Virus record (IMG/VR): IMGVR_UViG_2706794521_000001
Span: 1-64,000 of that record
Strand: one strand, 5' to 3'
DNA length: 64,000 nucleotides
Source of the DNA: an uncultured virus (IMG/VR IMGVR_UViG_2706794521_000001)
Lineage: Duplodnaviria > Heunggongvirae > Uroviricota > Caudoviricetes
The notes beneath the pieces are model-generated. The model was given only the letters and a program-made list of their open reading frames with translations, was not told the origin of the DNA and did not search any database. The translations under genes were made by a program, and so were the position numbers. Positions 37,130 through 46,187 of the stretch are shown one piece after another. Each line of letters opens with the position of its first letter. Position 1 is the stretch's first letter.

Positions 37130-37888
37130 GTGGAAATCAGTCAGCACATTCTCGCCGTACTCAGCCAGGCCGAAACGGTCGGCAACAACCTCTATCTGCG
37201 CGGGCAGCTCGACCGCAAGACCTATCAGGACGTCAACAAGGTTCTGGAAGCTAATGGCGGCAAGTGGAACCGCAGCGCGAAGGCGCATGTCTTCAGCGAA
37301 CCGGCTGCCGAGGCGATTGAGCAAGCCTTGATGACTGGCGAATTCCGCCGGGTCAAACAGGATTTTGGTCAATTCGACACGCCGCCGGATGTGGTGGCGC
37401 GCGTCATCGAACTCGCTGCAGTCGAGCCCGGAATGTGGGTTTATGAGCCCAATGCAGGCATCGGCAATCTAGTCGCCGGCGCGGCGGCCAAGGGGGCAAC
37501 TGTCTGGGGCAATGAGATCGACCCAAAGCGGCACGCAGCCTGCGTCACGCGCCATTTCGCTTCGTTCGGCGCAGGCGGGCTGACAATGCTGGACTTTCTC
37601 GCCATCGATCCGGGCCCGGAACCGGGCTTTGACCGCGTAGTCATGAACCCGCCCTTCGCAAAGCAGGCGGATATTGATCACGTCGCGCACGCCCTAAAAT
37701 TCGTGAAGCCAGGCGGCCGGCTGGTCGCAATCATGTCGGCGTCGGTCACCTTCCGCAGTAATCGGAAAACAACCGATTTCCGCGACATGGTCGAGGCCAA
37801 AGGTGCGCATTGGGAGGCTTTGCCGGAGGGCGCTTTCGCTTCGTCAGGCACCAACGTCAACGCCGTGGTTTTGGCGGTCGACGCATGA
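37130..37888 (+). CDS. orphan N6-type (NPPF) DNA methyltransferase-like protein
   Basis: GQLDRKTY..VNKVLE..GGKW N-domain; QFDTP, YEPNAGIG, FDRVVMNPPF. Confidence 0.85.
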   Translation: MEISQHILAVLSQAETVGNNLYLRGQLDRKTYQDVNKVLEANGGKWNRSAKAHVFSEPAAEAIEQALMTGEFRRVKQDFGQFDTPPDVVARVIELAAVEPGMWVYEPNAGIGNLVAGAAAKGATVWGNEIDPKRHAACVTRHFASFGAGGLTMLDFLAIDPGPEPGFDRVVMNPPFAKQADIDHVAHALKFVKPGGRLVAIMSASVTFRSNRKTTDFRDMVEAKGAHWEALPEGAFASSGTNVNAVVLAVDA

Positions 37889-37992
37889 AAGACCTCGTCC
37901 AAGACCTCGCCGCATTCCTCGCCGTGGCCGCGTTCCTCGCGTTCTCCGCCATTTACCTAATCGCAGCCGCCCCCGCGTCGCTGCCTGTCTGA
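37885..37992 (+). CDS. 35-aa single-TM peptide
   Basis: MKDLVQDLAAFLAVAAFLAFSAIYLIAAAPASLPV; ATGA overlap. Confidence 0.5.
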   Translation: MKDLVQDLAAFLAVAAFLAFSAIYLIAAAPASLPV

Positions 37993-38004
37993 AAGGATTC
38001 CACC

Positions 38005-38514
38005 ATGCCCAAATTTACGCTTGCCGACATCCAGCGGGCCGGCTCCCGCATCAGCGAATTTCATGGGCCGTTCAAGGCCGAAGGAACCGACATCCGGAAT
38101 GCTTTTGGGGTGATCGTCGGCAAGGCGATCGACGAAGTTCACGCCGATCTGTTCGCGGCGTCTGTCTCGCTGCCCGATCATGTCAACGACACGGTCGACG
38201 CTCTCGTTCAAGCCGAGTCGTTCATCAGCGGCTTTGAGGACGACGAAACACAGGAAGGCGTTTCCGACATCCTCGCTGGGCTTCGAGCGGCAATCCCGCG
38301 CGAGCAGGCGCGGCCTGACCTGCTGGCCGTGCTAAAACTCGCTGTGACCGACTGGCCACAATTCGACTCAGCGCCGGCACTAAGGCAGCTGGGATGTCAG
38401 GAAGAGCATGACGTCGAGGTCAACGGCGGTGATCTGGTCGAATGGTTTGGCAATTGGCGGCGCGCATTTGTACTGCCCGCGATCGCCAAGGCGGAGGGCC
38501 AGGCCAATGGATGA
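38005..38514 (+). CDS. hypothetical protein
   Basis: AAAGGA RBS; ends AIAKAEG, typical of small phage proteins. Confidence 0.7.
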   Translation: MPKFTLADIQRAGSRISEFHGPFKAEGTDIRNAFGVIVGKAIDEVHADLFAASVSLPDHVNDTVDALVQAESFISGFEDDETQEGVSDILAGLRAAIPREQARPDLLAVLKLAVTDWPQFDSAPALRQLGCQEEHDVEVNGGDLVEWFGNWRRAFVLPAIAKAEGQANG

Positions 38515-38917
38515 CGCAAAGCGCGCGCGGCTCTTCAACTGCTGCACCGACTACGCCGCGCCGGATTGGAAGCAATTCGAGCATCTGGAATTGGCGGGCT
38601 GCGTCGACGATGGCGAAGAGCCCGGCACGACGATCGGCAACCAGCCGGCCAGCGTCGCCCAATTCTTCACCGTCTACGGGCGCTTTCCCGAGCCGGACGG
38701 AACTTGCGAAGCGATCACTGACATCAAAGGCCCGCGCGACGCGTTGGCGATCGCCGGAGAACTCGCTTTGATTTCAGGCCTTCGCGTCATCGTCTGCGCA
38801 ACGTTGGGTGAGGAGCAATCCCCCGGGCAGAAGATCCGCTTCCCTGAAGACGCGCCCGGCGTCTTTCGCGTGCACCACGGAGACGGGCCATTGCCCACCG
38901 GCGCGGAGCGCATCTAG
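38507..38917 (+). CDS. hypothetical protein
   Basis: GGAGG RBS; AQFFTVYGR...CEAITD. Confidence 0.65.
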   Translation: MDDAKRARLFNCCTDYAAPDWKQFEHLELAGCVDDGEEPGTTIGNQPASVAQFFTVYGRFPEPDGTCEAITDIKGPRDALAIAGELALISGLRVIVCATLGEEQSPGQKIRFPEDAPGVFRVHHGDGPLPTGAERI

Positions 38918-38928
38918 CAACCAGCAAC

Positions 38929-38944
38929 GGCCCGATCGTGGGCC
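38929..38944 (+). promoter_or_regulatory. GATTGT-loop hairpin, copy 5 (GATCGT)
   Basis: GGCCC-GATCGT-GGGCC, then GAAAGGAG and ATG at 38963. Confidence 0.7.
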
Positions 38945-38962
38945 AATTCGAAAGGAGAGAAC

Positions 38963-39457
38963 ATGCCCGCCATGAGCAATACCCCGAAAATGAAATACGA
39001 AAGCAAATGGTATGTTGCCGACCGCGCTGCGCACGCTCGCACGATGGCAAAGCCCATGCGCTCGACAGCCAAACCCGGCCCGGAGGCCGATTCAAAGGCG
39101 CTGGAATATGCGCTATGGCTGCTAAAGCGCGACGAGGTCGACGTCGACGTGCTGGCGGATGCCGCGCGCACCGCGCACAATCTGCAATTCCCGCCGACGA
39201 AGCACCGCGAGCGCGGGAGATCGTGGGAAACACCACACCCTGGCGCCATACCGGCCGAAATGCATTGGAGCACCCGCGTTGGGTGGGACTTTTGTGCTGC
39301 CGGTCGTCGCCCGCGTTTCGTTCACTTCGAATTCTATTTGCCCCAAACCGATGGATGGCGCCGCATCGCCGCTCATCTCTACACCGCGTTTTACACGGTA
39401 GAGCTGCCTCATTGGGATTTCCTGTCCGAGGCGACGGAATGCGATGGCGAGGCGTAA
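38963..39457 (+). CDS. hypothetical protein
   Basis: Strong RBS, 164 aa. Confidence 0.65.
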   Translation: MPAMSNTPKMKYESKWYVADRAAHARTMAKPMRSTAKPGPEADSKALEYALWLLKRDEVDVDVLADAARTAHNLQFPPTKHRERGRSWETPHPGAIPAEMHWSTRVGWDFCAAGRRPRFVHFEFYLPQTDGWRRIAAHLYTAFYTVELPHWDFLSEATECDGEA

Positions 39458-39459
39458 GC

Positions 39460-39615
39460 ATGCACCGCGTCACCATCTACGCGCTCACCATGCCGCCGTC
39501 GCCGATGCTCTACCAAGATTTTGGGAAGCGCGGCGATGCTTCGGCATGGCGCGCATGGGCAAAGCGGGAATTTCCTTGCCACGTTCGAACAACCAAGCTC
39601 GGAAAGGTCGGCTGA
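39460..39615 (+). CDS. hypothetical protein (51 aa)
   Basis: Fits between coupled neighbours. Confidence 0.45.
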   Translation: MHRVTIYALTMPPSPMLYQDFGKRGDASAWRAWAKREFPCHVRTTKLGKVG

Positions 39616-39617
39616 CC

Positions 39618-39992
39618 ATGAACCAGATTATGTCTATGCTCCTCGGCGCGACGATGCCGGGGAAGAACATGCCGCGATTCGAATACAAGAGAATGACCGG
39701 GGAGCAGCTTCGGACCGAGCTGCTGGACATGGCAATGCCGGTGTTCGCCTTCGCCAGGATCTTCGGCGTGAGACCACAGACGGTCAAGAAATGGCTGCGG
39801 GACGAGAACGATATTCCGCCATGGGTGCACGTCGCGCTCGGGCTACTGCGACTCGAGGGTGCGCTGAGCGAAGCGCGCCAGCTCGCCGCAGAGCACATCA
39901 TCCGCGACAACCAGCGACCAGGTGCCGGCGAATTCCCGTTCCTTGAGCGGGCAGACGAGATCACGGAGGGCAATGGCGATGACGACGATTGA
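39618..39992 (+). CDS. HTH DNA-binding protein
   Basis: MTGEQLR...FARIFGVRPQTVKKWLRDENDIPPWV. Confidence 0.75.
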   Translation: MNQIMSMLLGATMPGKNMPRFEYKRMTGEQLRTELLDMAMPVFAFARIFGVRPQTVKKWLRDENDIPPWVHVALGLLRLEGALSEARQLAAEHIIRDNQRPGAGEFPFLERADEITEGNGDDDD

Positions 39993-40245
39993 CGAATTGT
40001 TCATCGAGCAGGAACGCGAGAGATACCTGGCTGCCGTGTTGCGGGATGACGTCAAGCAGGCCGACGCTCGATTCGCTCGCTTTGACGGCGGCTTTGAAAT
40101 TCGCTTCACAGCAGACATCCCGGGCGGTTACGACAACACCCATGTTTTCCAGACACCTAAAGAACACTCCGACAAGTACATCCGTCTGGTGACGAACGTG
40201 AACATCCGTTCTGTCAGGTCCGCGATCCGGAGCATGCGGCCATGA
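39973..40245 (+). CDS. hypothetical protein
   Basis: GGAGG RBS; ATGA overlap with the ATPase gene. Confidence 0.55.
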   Translation: MAMTTIDELFIEQERERYLAAVLRDDVKQADARFARFDGGFEIRFTADIPGGYDNTHVFQTPKEHSDKYIRLVTNVNIRSVRSAIRSMRP

Positions 40246-41639
40246 ACATCGAGATCGGCATGACCTCGACTGGCGCTACCGTTGGTCTGCCGCTCCGCCT
40301 TGCCAATCGGCACGGGCTCGTCACGGGCGCCACTGGCACCGGCAAGACTGTCACCCTGCAGCGCCTGGCCGAGCAATTCAGCGCCGCCGGAGTTCCTGTC
40401 TTCGCGGCCGATATCAAGGGCGATCTGTCCGGTGTTGCCGCCGGCGGGCGCTTCCCTGTTGCGCTGTGGGACATCTTCGGCCGCCATGGGCTGCCGGTGC
40501 GGACGAGCGTGCAGGATATGGGCGCTGGCCTGCTGGCGCGCATGCTCGGGCTCAACCAGGCACAGGAAGGCGCCATGGATATCGTGTTCCGCAAGGCGGA
40601 GGACGAACAGACCTTCATGCTAACGCTGGACGATTTGCGCTGGTCGCTCAACGACATGATCGAGGAGCGGGAGGACGTCTGCCGGAAATACGGCAATGTC
40701 ACCGCTGCTTCGATCGCAGCCATCCAACGCAATTTGCTCGCGCTTGAAGCACAGGGCGGCGATCGCCTGTTCGGCGAGCCGCCGTTCGATATCCTCGACC
40801 TGATGGCTGTCGACGCAGAGGGCAGGGGCACAATCAACCTGCTGCATGCCGACCAATTGCTCGAGGCGCCGAAGCTTTACGCGACCTTCCTGCTATGGCT
40901 ACTTTCCGAGCTCTTCCGCAAATTGCCCGAGGCCGGCGACCTGCCCAAGCCCAAGCTCGTGTTCTTCTTCGACGAGGCGCACCTGCTGTTCGCCGACGCG
41001 CCGAAGCACCTGCTGCAGAAGATCGAGCGGCTTGTCCGCCTGGTCAGATCCAAGGGCGTCGGCGTGTTCTTCGTCACTCAATCGCCAACCGACGTGCCGG
41101 CAGCTGTCCTGGAACAGCTCGGCACGAGGATCCTGCACGCGATGCGCGCCCACACGGCGGAGTCGCTGAGGAAGATCAAGGCGGCGGCCGATACAATTCG
41201 CCCGCGCAAGGGCTTCAAGACGCGCGAGGAATTGCCGACGTTGAAGATCGGCGAGGCGCTGATCTCGGTGATCGGCGAGGACAACGTTCCGAGCGAGGTC
41301 GAGAAGGTGAAGGTGATCATGCCGGCCGGGCAGGTCGGATCGATTTCAGATGAAGAGCGCCAGGTCGTGCTCGAGTCGACACCCTTGCGGAAGAAGTACC
41401 ATGCAGGGCTGGACGAGAACGCCGCAGGGCGGGCGTTCAGCCGCCGGATGATGCAGGCGAGGGGAATTGATCCCGGTCCGGAAGGCACCGCGGCACCGGA
41501 GGCGAACCTCTACCTGAAGCACGTCCCGTCGATCGACATCAGCGAGGAGCCTGGCAAGGGTGCTAAACGTCGGCTGTTTGAGATCGCCGCATGGGGTGCG
41601 GTAGCGGCGATCGGGTTGAAGATGGCTGGTGTGCTATAA
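40242..41639 (+). CDS. YjgR/DUF853 HerA-FtsK-family ATPase with C-terminal TM
   Basis: ANRHGLVTGATGTGKTVTLQ, ADIKGDLSG, KPKLVFFFDEAHLLF, VRLVRSKGVGVFFVTQ. Confidence 0.9.
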   Translation: MNIEIGMTSTGATVGLPLRLANRHGLVTGATGTGKTVTLQRLAEQFSAAGVPVFAADIKGDLSGVAAGGRFPVALWDIFGRHGLPVRTSVQDMGAGLLARMLGLNQAQEGAMDIVFRKAEDEQTFMLTLDDLRWSLNDMIEEREDVCRKYGNVTAASIAAIQRNLLALEAQGGDRLFGEPPFDILDLMAVDAEGRGTINLLHADQLLEAPKLYATFLLWLLSELFRKLPEAGDLPKPKLVFFFDEAHLLFADAPKHLLQKIERLVRLVRSKGVGVFFVTQSPTDVPAAVLEQLGTRILHAMRAHTAESLRKIKAAADTIRPRKGFKTREELPTLKIGEALISVIGEDNVPSEVEKVKVIMPAGQVGSISDEERQVVLESTPLRKKYHAGLDENAAGRAFSRRMMQARGIDPGPEGTAAPEANLYLKHVPSIDISEEPGKGAKRRLFEIAAWGAVAAIGLKMAGVL

Positions 41640-41667
41640 GCTGCTAATTCAGACGAAGGGGGACAAA

Positions 41668-42282
41668 ATGCTGAACAATCCTAATGATCCATGGGACTGG
41701 CTGCCGTTTTTCATAATGGTGGTGCTGGTATCGATTGGAGGTTTCTTCTCGTACCGCACTGGCGGGCGAGAGGTTAGAAGGCGGAAGGCGCGTCACGAAA
41801 GAATGGCCGCCCGATTGGATGTCCTTTTTGACATCTACAAGATGGAGGCTCGACACCGCGACGAGATCATGAGGTACATGAGATACGGCGATCAGTTTGA
41901 GATTCAGGTTAGTAAAGCCAGCTATTCTATGATGACCATCATGGCAGCGGTTTTGGGTGTTCTCAGTCTCGCCCTAACTCTGTTCTTTTGGTTTCGCCGC
42001 TGGCTCCATGTCTCGAGCTTATTTGTGAGCACGGCTTTTGCGCAAAGTGCGGTGACACCACCGCCGGAGGCAGCAAAGCCCGACCTGGGGTGGATGATCC
42101 CTTATGTCGCACTCATGGTGATCGCCATCATCGGCATCGCGTTTCTGGGCTCGATAGGCGTTTTGTGGGTCACCAAAGATACTCCAGAAAACCAAGCGAA
42201 GCTAAAGTCGGCTTCGGATATGGTGAAAATGTTCGGCGGTTTTTTCACCGGTATTGCCACGACGCTGCTTGCACCACACTAG
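41668..42282 (+). CDS. multi-TM membrane protein
   Basis: About four hydrophobic segments; lower GC. Confidence 0.65.
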   Translation: MLNNPNDPWDWLPFFIMVVLVSIGGFFSYRTGGREVRRRKARHERMAARLDVLFDIYKMEARHRDEIMRYMRYGDQFEIQVSKASYSMMTIMAAVLGVLSLALTLFFWFRRWLHVSSLFVSTAFAQSAVTPPPEAAKPDLGWMIPYVALMVIAIIGIAFLGSIGVLWVTKDTPENQAKLKSASDMVKMFGGFFTGIATTLLAPH

Positions 42283-42286
42283 CGGG

Positions 42287-42769
42287 CTACCACGCCTTAA
42301 TGCCAGCTTGATTGAGCCGCGACGCGATCGCTTTCGCCGCAACGTCCCGACGACGCCGGAACGTCGAATAGGCCCAGCCGCGGCGTTCGCACTCGACTTC
42401 GGTGTGGCGGCCGCGGATTTCCCAGAAGCACCAGGTCACGAGCGCCCGGCGTGCAGCCGGCGCGTCCTCGACGTACTTGCCCCAATTCGGCAGCTGCTGG
42501 CCTTCCGGCCCCTTGCTGCCGATCAGCACCTTTTCCATGATGGTGATCTCGCGGGCCGTGCGCTGGACCCGCACGCGTTCGATCTGCCGCTCGGTGCCCT
42601 GGGCGATCTGCCCGACCTCGTCCTCGAAGGTCACGCGGTATTCCGGCCAATTGTTCTTGAACCAATCCGGGCCGACTTGGCCGGTGGTGTCGAACAGCAC
42701 CTCAAACGCGTGGACCATCGCGTCTTTAACGAGTGTGGGATCCCAGCCGCCATCAGTCGAACTCACCAT
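42287..42769 (-). CDS. putative late-gene regulator (DUF6362-like, C-terminal HTH)
   Basis: WPEYR...CERRGWAYSTFRRRRD.A..IA.RLN; Q-like position at the end of the early operon. Confidence 0.65.
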   Translation of the reverse strand: MVSSTDGGWDPTLVKDAMVHAFEVLFDTTGQVGPDWFKNNWPEYRVTFEDEVGQIAQGTERQIERVRVQRTAREITIMEKVLIGSKGPEGQQLPNWGKYVEDAPAARRALVTWCFWEIRGRHTEVECERRGWAYSTFRRRRDVAAKAIASRLNQAGIKAW

Positions 42770-43154
42770 CTGTGATTGCATCGTACATGTCGTCCCGGAT
42801 TGCGCAGACGTTGATTCGGCGAAGATATTCCTCGCCCGTTAATCCACGCTTTTTGGCCTGGCGCGCGAGCTTGGCGCGCTCGTGGAAGGTGAGATTGATC
42901 GAGATGCGGCGATGCTTCGGCCCGCCGACTTCGGTCAGCGGCAGACCCCAATTCTTCCATTGCCGGCGGACGGTTGCCCTGCTTGTCCCGTCGGCCATGC
43001 GCTTCTCGATATCGGCCGACGAGTAGCCAAGGCCGGTCAGGAACCCGATGAAGGCGCCTTTGGCGATCGTCCAGCGAATGACGACCGGATGCCCGAACCG
43101 TTCGGTGAAATGGCGCTTCTTCGGCGCCGGTTTCTGCAGCTTGCGGCGGGCCAT
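42753..43154 (-). CDS. DNA-binding hypothetical protein
   Basis: HTH-like GYSSADIEKRM...RATVRRQW plus RHH-like C-terminus. Confidence 0.55.
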   Translation of the reverse strand: MARRKLQKPAPKKRHFTERFGHPVVIRWTIAKGAFIGFLTGLGYSSADIEKRMADGTSRATVRRQWKNWGLPLTEVGGPKHRRISINLTFHERAKLARQAKKRGLTGEEYLRRINVCAIRDDMYDAITDGEFD

Positions 43155-45394
43155 CAGAGCACGATGTCCCCGCCAGTTTCGAACAACTCGCGCATTCCCT
43201 CGGAAACGGGTTCGTCCGGTGTTTGTCCGGTACTCGTCCGGTCCTCGTCCGAAATTTCGGGTTTTGGGAAGGTTCGCTTGAACCCGCGAATTGGCTTGCC
43301 ATCCCACCACATGTAGGGCTTCACCATCTTGATGAGCCCATACTTGGTCAGGCCGTCTTTCGCGCGGGCAAATTCCTTTCGAATCTGGTCGGTGGCCTTA
43401 GCCTTATCCTCGACCTCGAGCATCTTTTCGAGGGCGACGACCAGGTAGTCTTTCCAGTCCACGACGACGCGTCCGACGGCCGCTTTAGGGCCTTCCTTGT
43501 CGTTGGCGATGAACTTGCCATGCCGATCGACAGTGTCGAACAGGTTCATCATGATGCGCCGCTCGGTCGGGTTCACATAGAAGCCCTGCCGTTCCTGTTC
43601 TTTCTTCAGCCGCTCCTTCTCGCCGACGGTCAGCACCACGCATGACGTGATCTCGCGTTGCGTCTTTGGGTTGAGTCCCACCGGAACCGACGCGAGCGAG
43701 AACGTGATCTTGATGCCGTCCTCGTCGTCCTTCTGCTTGGCGAGCCGCGCGGTACGAATTCGTGTCTCCTCGTCCTGGTTGACGACGATCACGGTGTCGA
43801 CATTGGCGTGGATCGAGGTGTGGCCCCGCAGCTTCTTGCCGTCGGCATTCATGTGGTGGACCAGGCAGACGTGGCAGCCGCATTCGTGCTCGATGCGGGC
43901 AATGTTCGCCAACACCACGGACATATCCTTGCCGCTGTTCTCATCGGCACCGACGGTCGCCGTTGCCAGTGTGTCGATGAAGACGATGCGGAGCGGCATC
44001 GACATGGTGATCTTGATCGACTTGATCGCCTCGATCAGCCGATCGGTGTCGCCCTCGCGAGAATACAGGTCGACCTTCGCCGGCAGCACGACGAGCGGAA
44101 TCTCCTCGTCCTCGGAAACGTTGAAGTGCTTGCGATATGCCTTCTGGCGCTTCTTCATGCCTAGGCCGCCTTCGCCGGCCTGGTAGATGACGCCGCCGCG
44201 CTCGACGGAATAGTCGAAGAAATCCTGCCCGCGCGCGACGCAATAGGCCGCGTGGAGGGCGAGGAACGATTTGCCGGATCCCGATGGCCCCCCGATGATC
44301 GAGCGCCCTCGAGTCGTGATCAGTCCGTCGATGATGTAGTCGTACTCGAGTCCCGGACCGTCGAGCTCGTCGTGATAGTAGGCGCCAAAGGCGCGCGGCC
44401 GCTCGGGAACCCAAGCCGGCGCTTTCTTGACCAGGATCTCGAACTTCTCGCTGGTGCCGCCGGCCTGGTCTTTCCAATCGGTGACGTCGGACTTCTCCGG
44501 CGCATCCTTCCAGTGCAGCGCCAGGTCGAGCGAGCGAACCCGCTTGGCGATCGGCCGCAGATCGGCGCCACGCAACATGGTGCGCGCCTTTCCGGCATCG
44601 TCCAGATCCGAGCATATGACGAGATCGGCGCCGGCGAGGTCGGCGTTGAGTTCCGGGTGCCAGTTCTTCGCCCCGCCTTGGTTCGTGGTGCCTACCTGGC
44701 CCCACTCGCGCAGGGTCTCGACGTCCTTCTCGCCTTCGACCAGGACGACAGGCCGCCCCTCTTTGATCGCCTTCAGCACCTCGGCGCGGTTGTAGAGGAC
44801 CCATTTGGTGTCCTCGAACTGCTTCTCGTCCTCGTAATGCTTGCCGGCCTTGGCCTTGAACCAGTCACCGCTCTTCGTCTTGCCGTAGAGCCCAGCCTGC
44901 AATCCCCAAATCCAGCCGCCAGCCGGATGCGGCCGGCGCTGCATGTAACGGCGCGGCGCTGTCTTCGCGAATTTCAGAACCTCATAGGCGAGCTTTCCCT
45001 TGTCGTCGAAATACTGGAACGTCGCGATCGGGTGATCGTCCATAAAGCCGGCGAACTTGCCTTGGGGCTTAGCAGCGCCGTTGGCGCCGTTGTACTGCTG
45101 CTCGCGCCTGTCGATGTGGCCCTGTTCTTCCAGCCACTCCAAGGCCTCGGCCTTGCTGTAGCCGCGGTAGGCCTGCAGCAGCTTGAGCACGCCGCCGCCG
45201 TCGCCGTCCTCATGGTCGTTGTAGACGCCTTTTTTGCAGTCGACCGAGAAGGCGCCTTTCTTGCCCCAGCGCCATTCCTTGCCAGGCGACGACAGGGCGC
45301 GGTTCGGCTCGCCCATGAACTCGGGCATGATCTTCAACGCGACGGCTTCCATGGCCCGCGCCAGTTCGGCGTCGAATTTGGGGTCTGAGCCCAT
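43154..45394 (-). CDS. primase-helicase (TOPRIM plus RepA/AAA_25)
   Basis: VLVEGEKDV, DLDDAG, DVTDW; GGPSGSGKSF, IFIDTL, DENSGKDM, LVHH, LRGHTS. Confidence 0.92.
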   Translation of the reverse strand: MGSDPKFDAELARAMEAVALKIMPEFMGEPNRALSSPGKEWRWGKKGAFSVDCKKGVYNDHEDGDGGGVLKLLQAYRGYSKAEALEWLEEQGHIDRREQQYNGANGAAKPQGKFAGFMDDHPIATFQYFDDKGKLAYEVLKFAKTAPRRYMQRRPHPAGGWIWGLQAGLYGKTKSGDWFKAKAGKHYEDEKQFEDTKWVLYNRAEVLKAIKEGRPVVLVEGEKDVETLREWGQVGTTNQGGAKNWHPELNADLAGADLVICSDLDDAGKARTMLRGADLRPIAKRVRSLDLALHWKDAPEKSDVTDWKDQAGGTSEKFEILVKKAPAWVPERPRAFGAYYHDELDGPGLEYDYIIDGLITTRGRSIIGGPSGSGKSFLALHAAYCVARGQDFFDYSVERGGVIYQAGEGGLGMKKRQKAYRKHFNVSEDEEIPLVVLPAKVDLYSREGDTDRLIEAIKSIKITMSMPLRIVFIDTLATATVGADENSGKDMSVVLANIARIEHECGCHVCLVHHMNADGKKLRGHTSIHANVDTVIVVNQDEETRIRTARLAKQKDDEDGIKITFSLASVPVGLNPKTQREITSCVVLTVGEKERLKKEQERQGFYVNPTERRIMMNLFDTVDRHGKFIANDKEGPKAAVGRVVVDWKDYLVVALEKMLEVEDKAKATDQIRKEFARAKDGLTKYGLIKMVKPYMWWDGKPIRGFKRTFPKPEISDEDRTSTGQTPDEPVSEGMRELFETGGDIVL
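43211..43254. repeat. four 11-bp-phased GTCCG repeats inside the 3' end of the primase-helicase gene
   Basis: GTCC at 43214, 43225, 43236, 43247. Confidence 0.8.
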
Positions 45395-45468
45395 CAGAGG
45401 GCCTCTCGAAATGGGGAGAAACTCGCCATCAGATGGCAGTTCGTGATATCGAGCGCCGGTGGCGGGGT

Positions 45469-46170
45469 ATGAGAATGATTTCTTGGGGCTTCCGAATTCT
45501 TGTAAATGCTCTGGCGTGGATTGGTTTGCTCGCCGTAATCGCGGTCGCCCTTGCCTTCGCCATCGGACCGGATTGGTGCGAGGGGAGCGGTTGTACGGTT
45601 CAGGGCTGGTTTTCGGCACTTAGTGGCTGGGCCGCCGCAATCGCCGCCGGAGCTACTATTGGAATTTTGTACAAGCAGGCAAGAGGCGGCGACCATGCGC
45701 TTGCCGTTGCCCAGGAAACGCTGGCGCACGCACGTGAGAATAGCGAACGCCAGCTCAGAGCCTATTTGTTTGTTGTGTCTGCGAAGGTCGAAACGAATGA
45801 CCGGCCCCAGGTGCCGGTGCAAATCGCGGTAAGGAATACGGGCCAGACGCCTGCCTATGATGTGCAGTTTGGTTGTCAGAGAGTCGCCGGTCGACAGGAG
45901 CAAATACTCTTTTCCGATCCTGAAACAAAACGAACGGTCGATCTCGGCCCTGGCGAAGGTCAAGTCATGACCGTCCAGTTCGATGGCGCGTTTCTCCAAC
46001 AGCATCGGGATGAGTTTTTTAGTGAACAGTTCAAGGCGTTCACCAATATCAAATATCGCGACGCCTTCGGCTTTGAACGGGAAACAAGGTTTCGTCTTCA
46101 AATCCACCCTTCGATCATACCGACGGGTGGCGACCTTGATGTCTGCGCGGAGGGGAACTCGGCCACGTGA
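45469..46170 (+). CDS. membrane-anchored moron protein
   Basis: Two TM then ERQLRAYLFV...NTGQTPA; opposite strand, lower GC. Confidence 0.7.
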   Translation: MRMISWGFRILVNALAWIGLLAVIAVALAFAIGPDWCEGSGCTVQGWFSALSGWAAAIAAGATIGILYKQARGGDHALAVAQETLAHARENSERQLRAYLFVVSAKVETNDRPQVPVQIAVRNTGQTPAYDVQFGCQRVAGRQEQILFSDPETKRTVDLGPGEGQVMTVQFDGAFLQQHRDEFFSEQFKAFTNIKYRDAFGFERETRFRLQIHPSIIPTGGDLDVCAEGNSAT

Positions 46171-46187
46171 CAATGATTGCGTGAACC

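Noticed and set aside
42297..42311. CtrA box-like TTAA-N7-TTGA
   Set aside because: Mismatched and inside a gene's 3' end; I saw no convincing TTAA-N7-TTAA in phage promoters by eye (a motif scan is needed).
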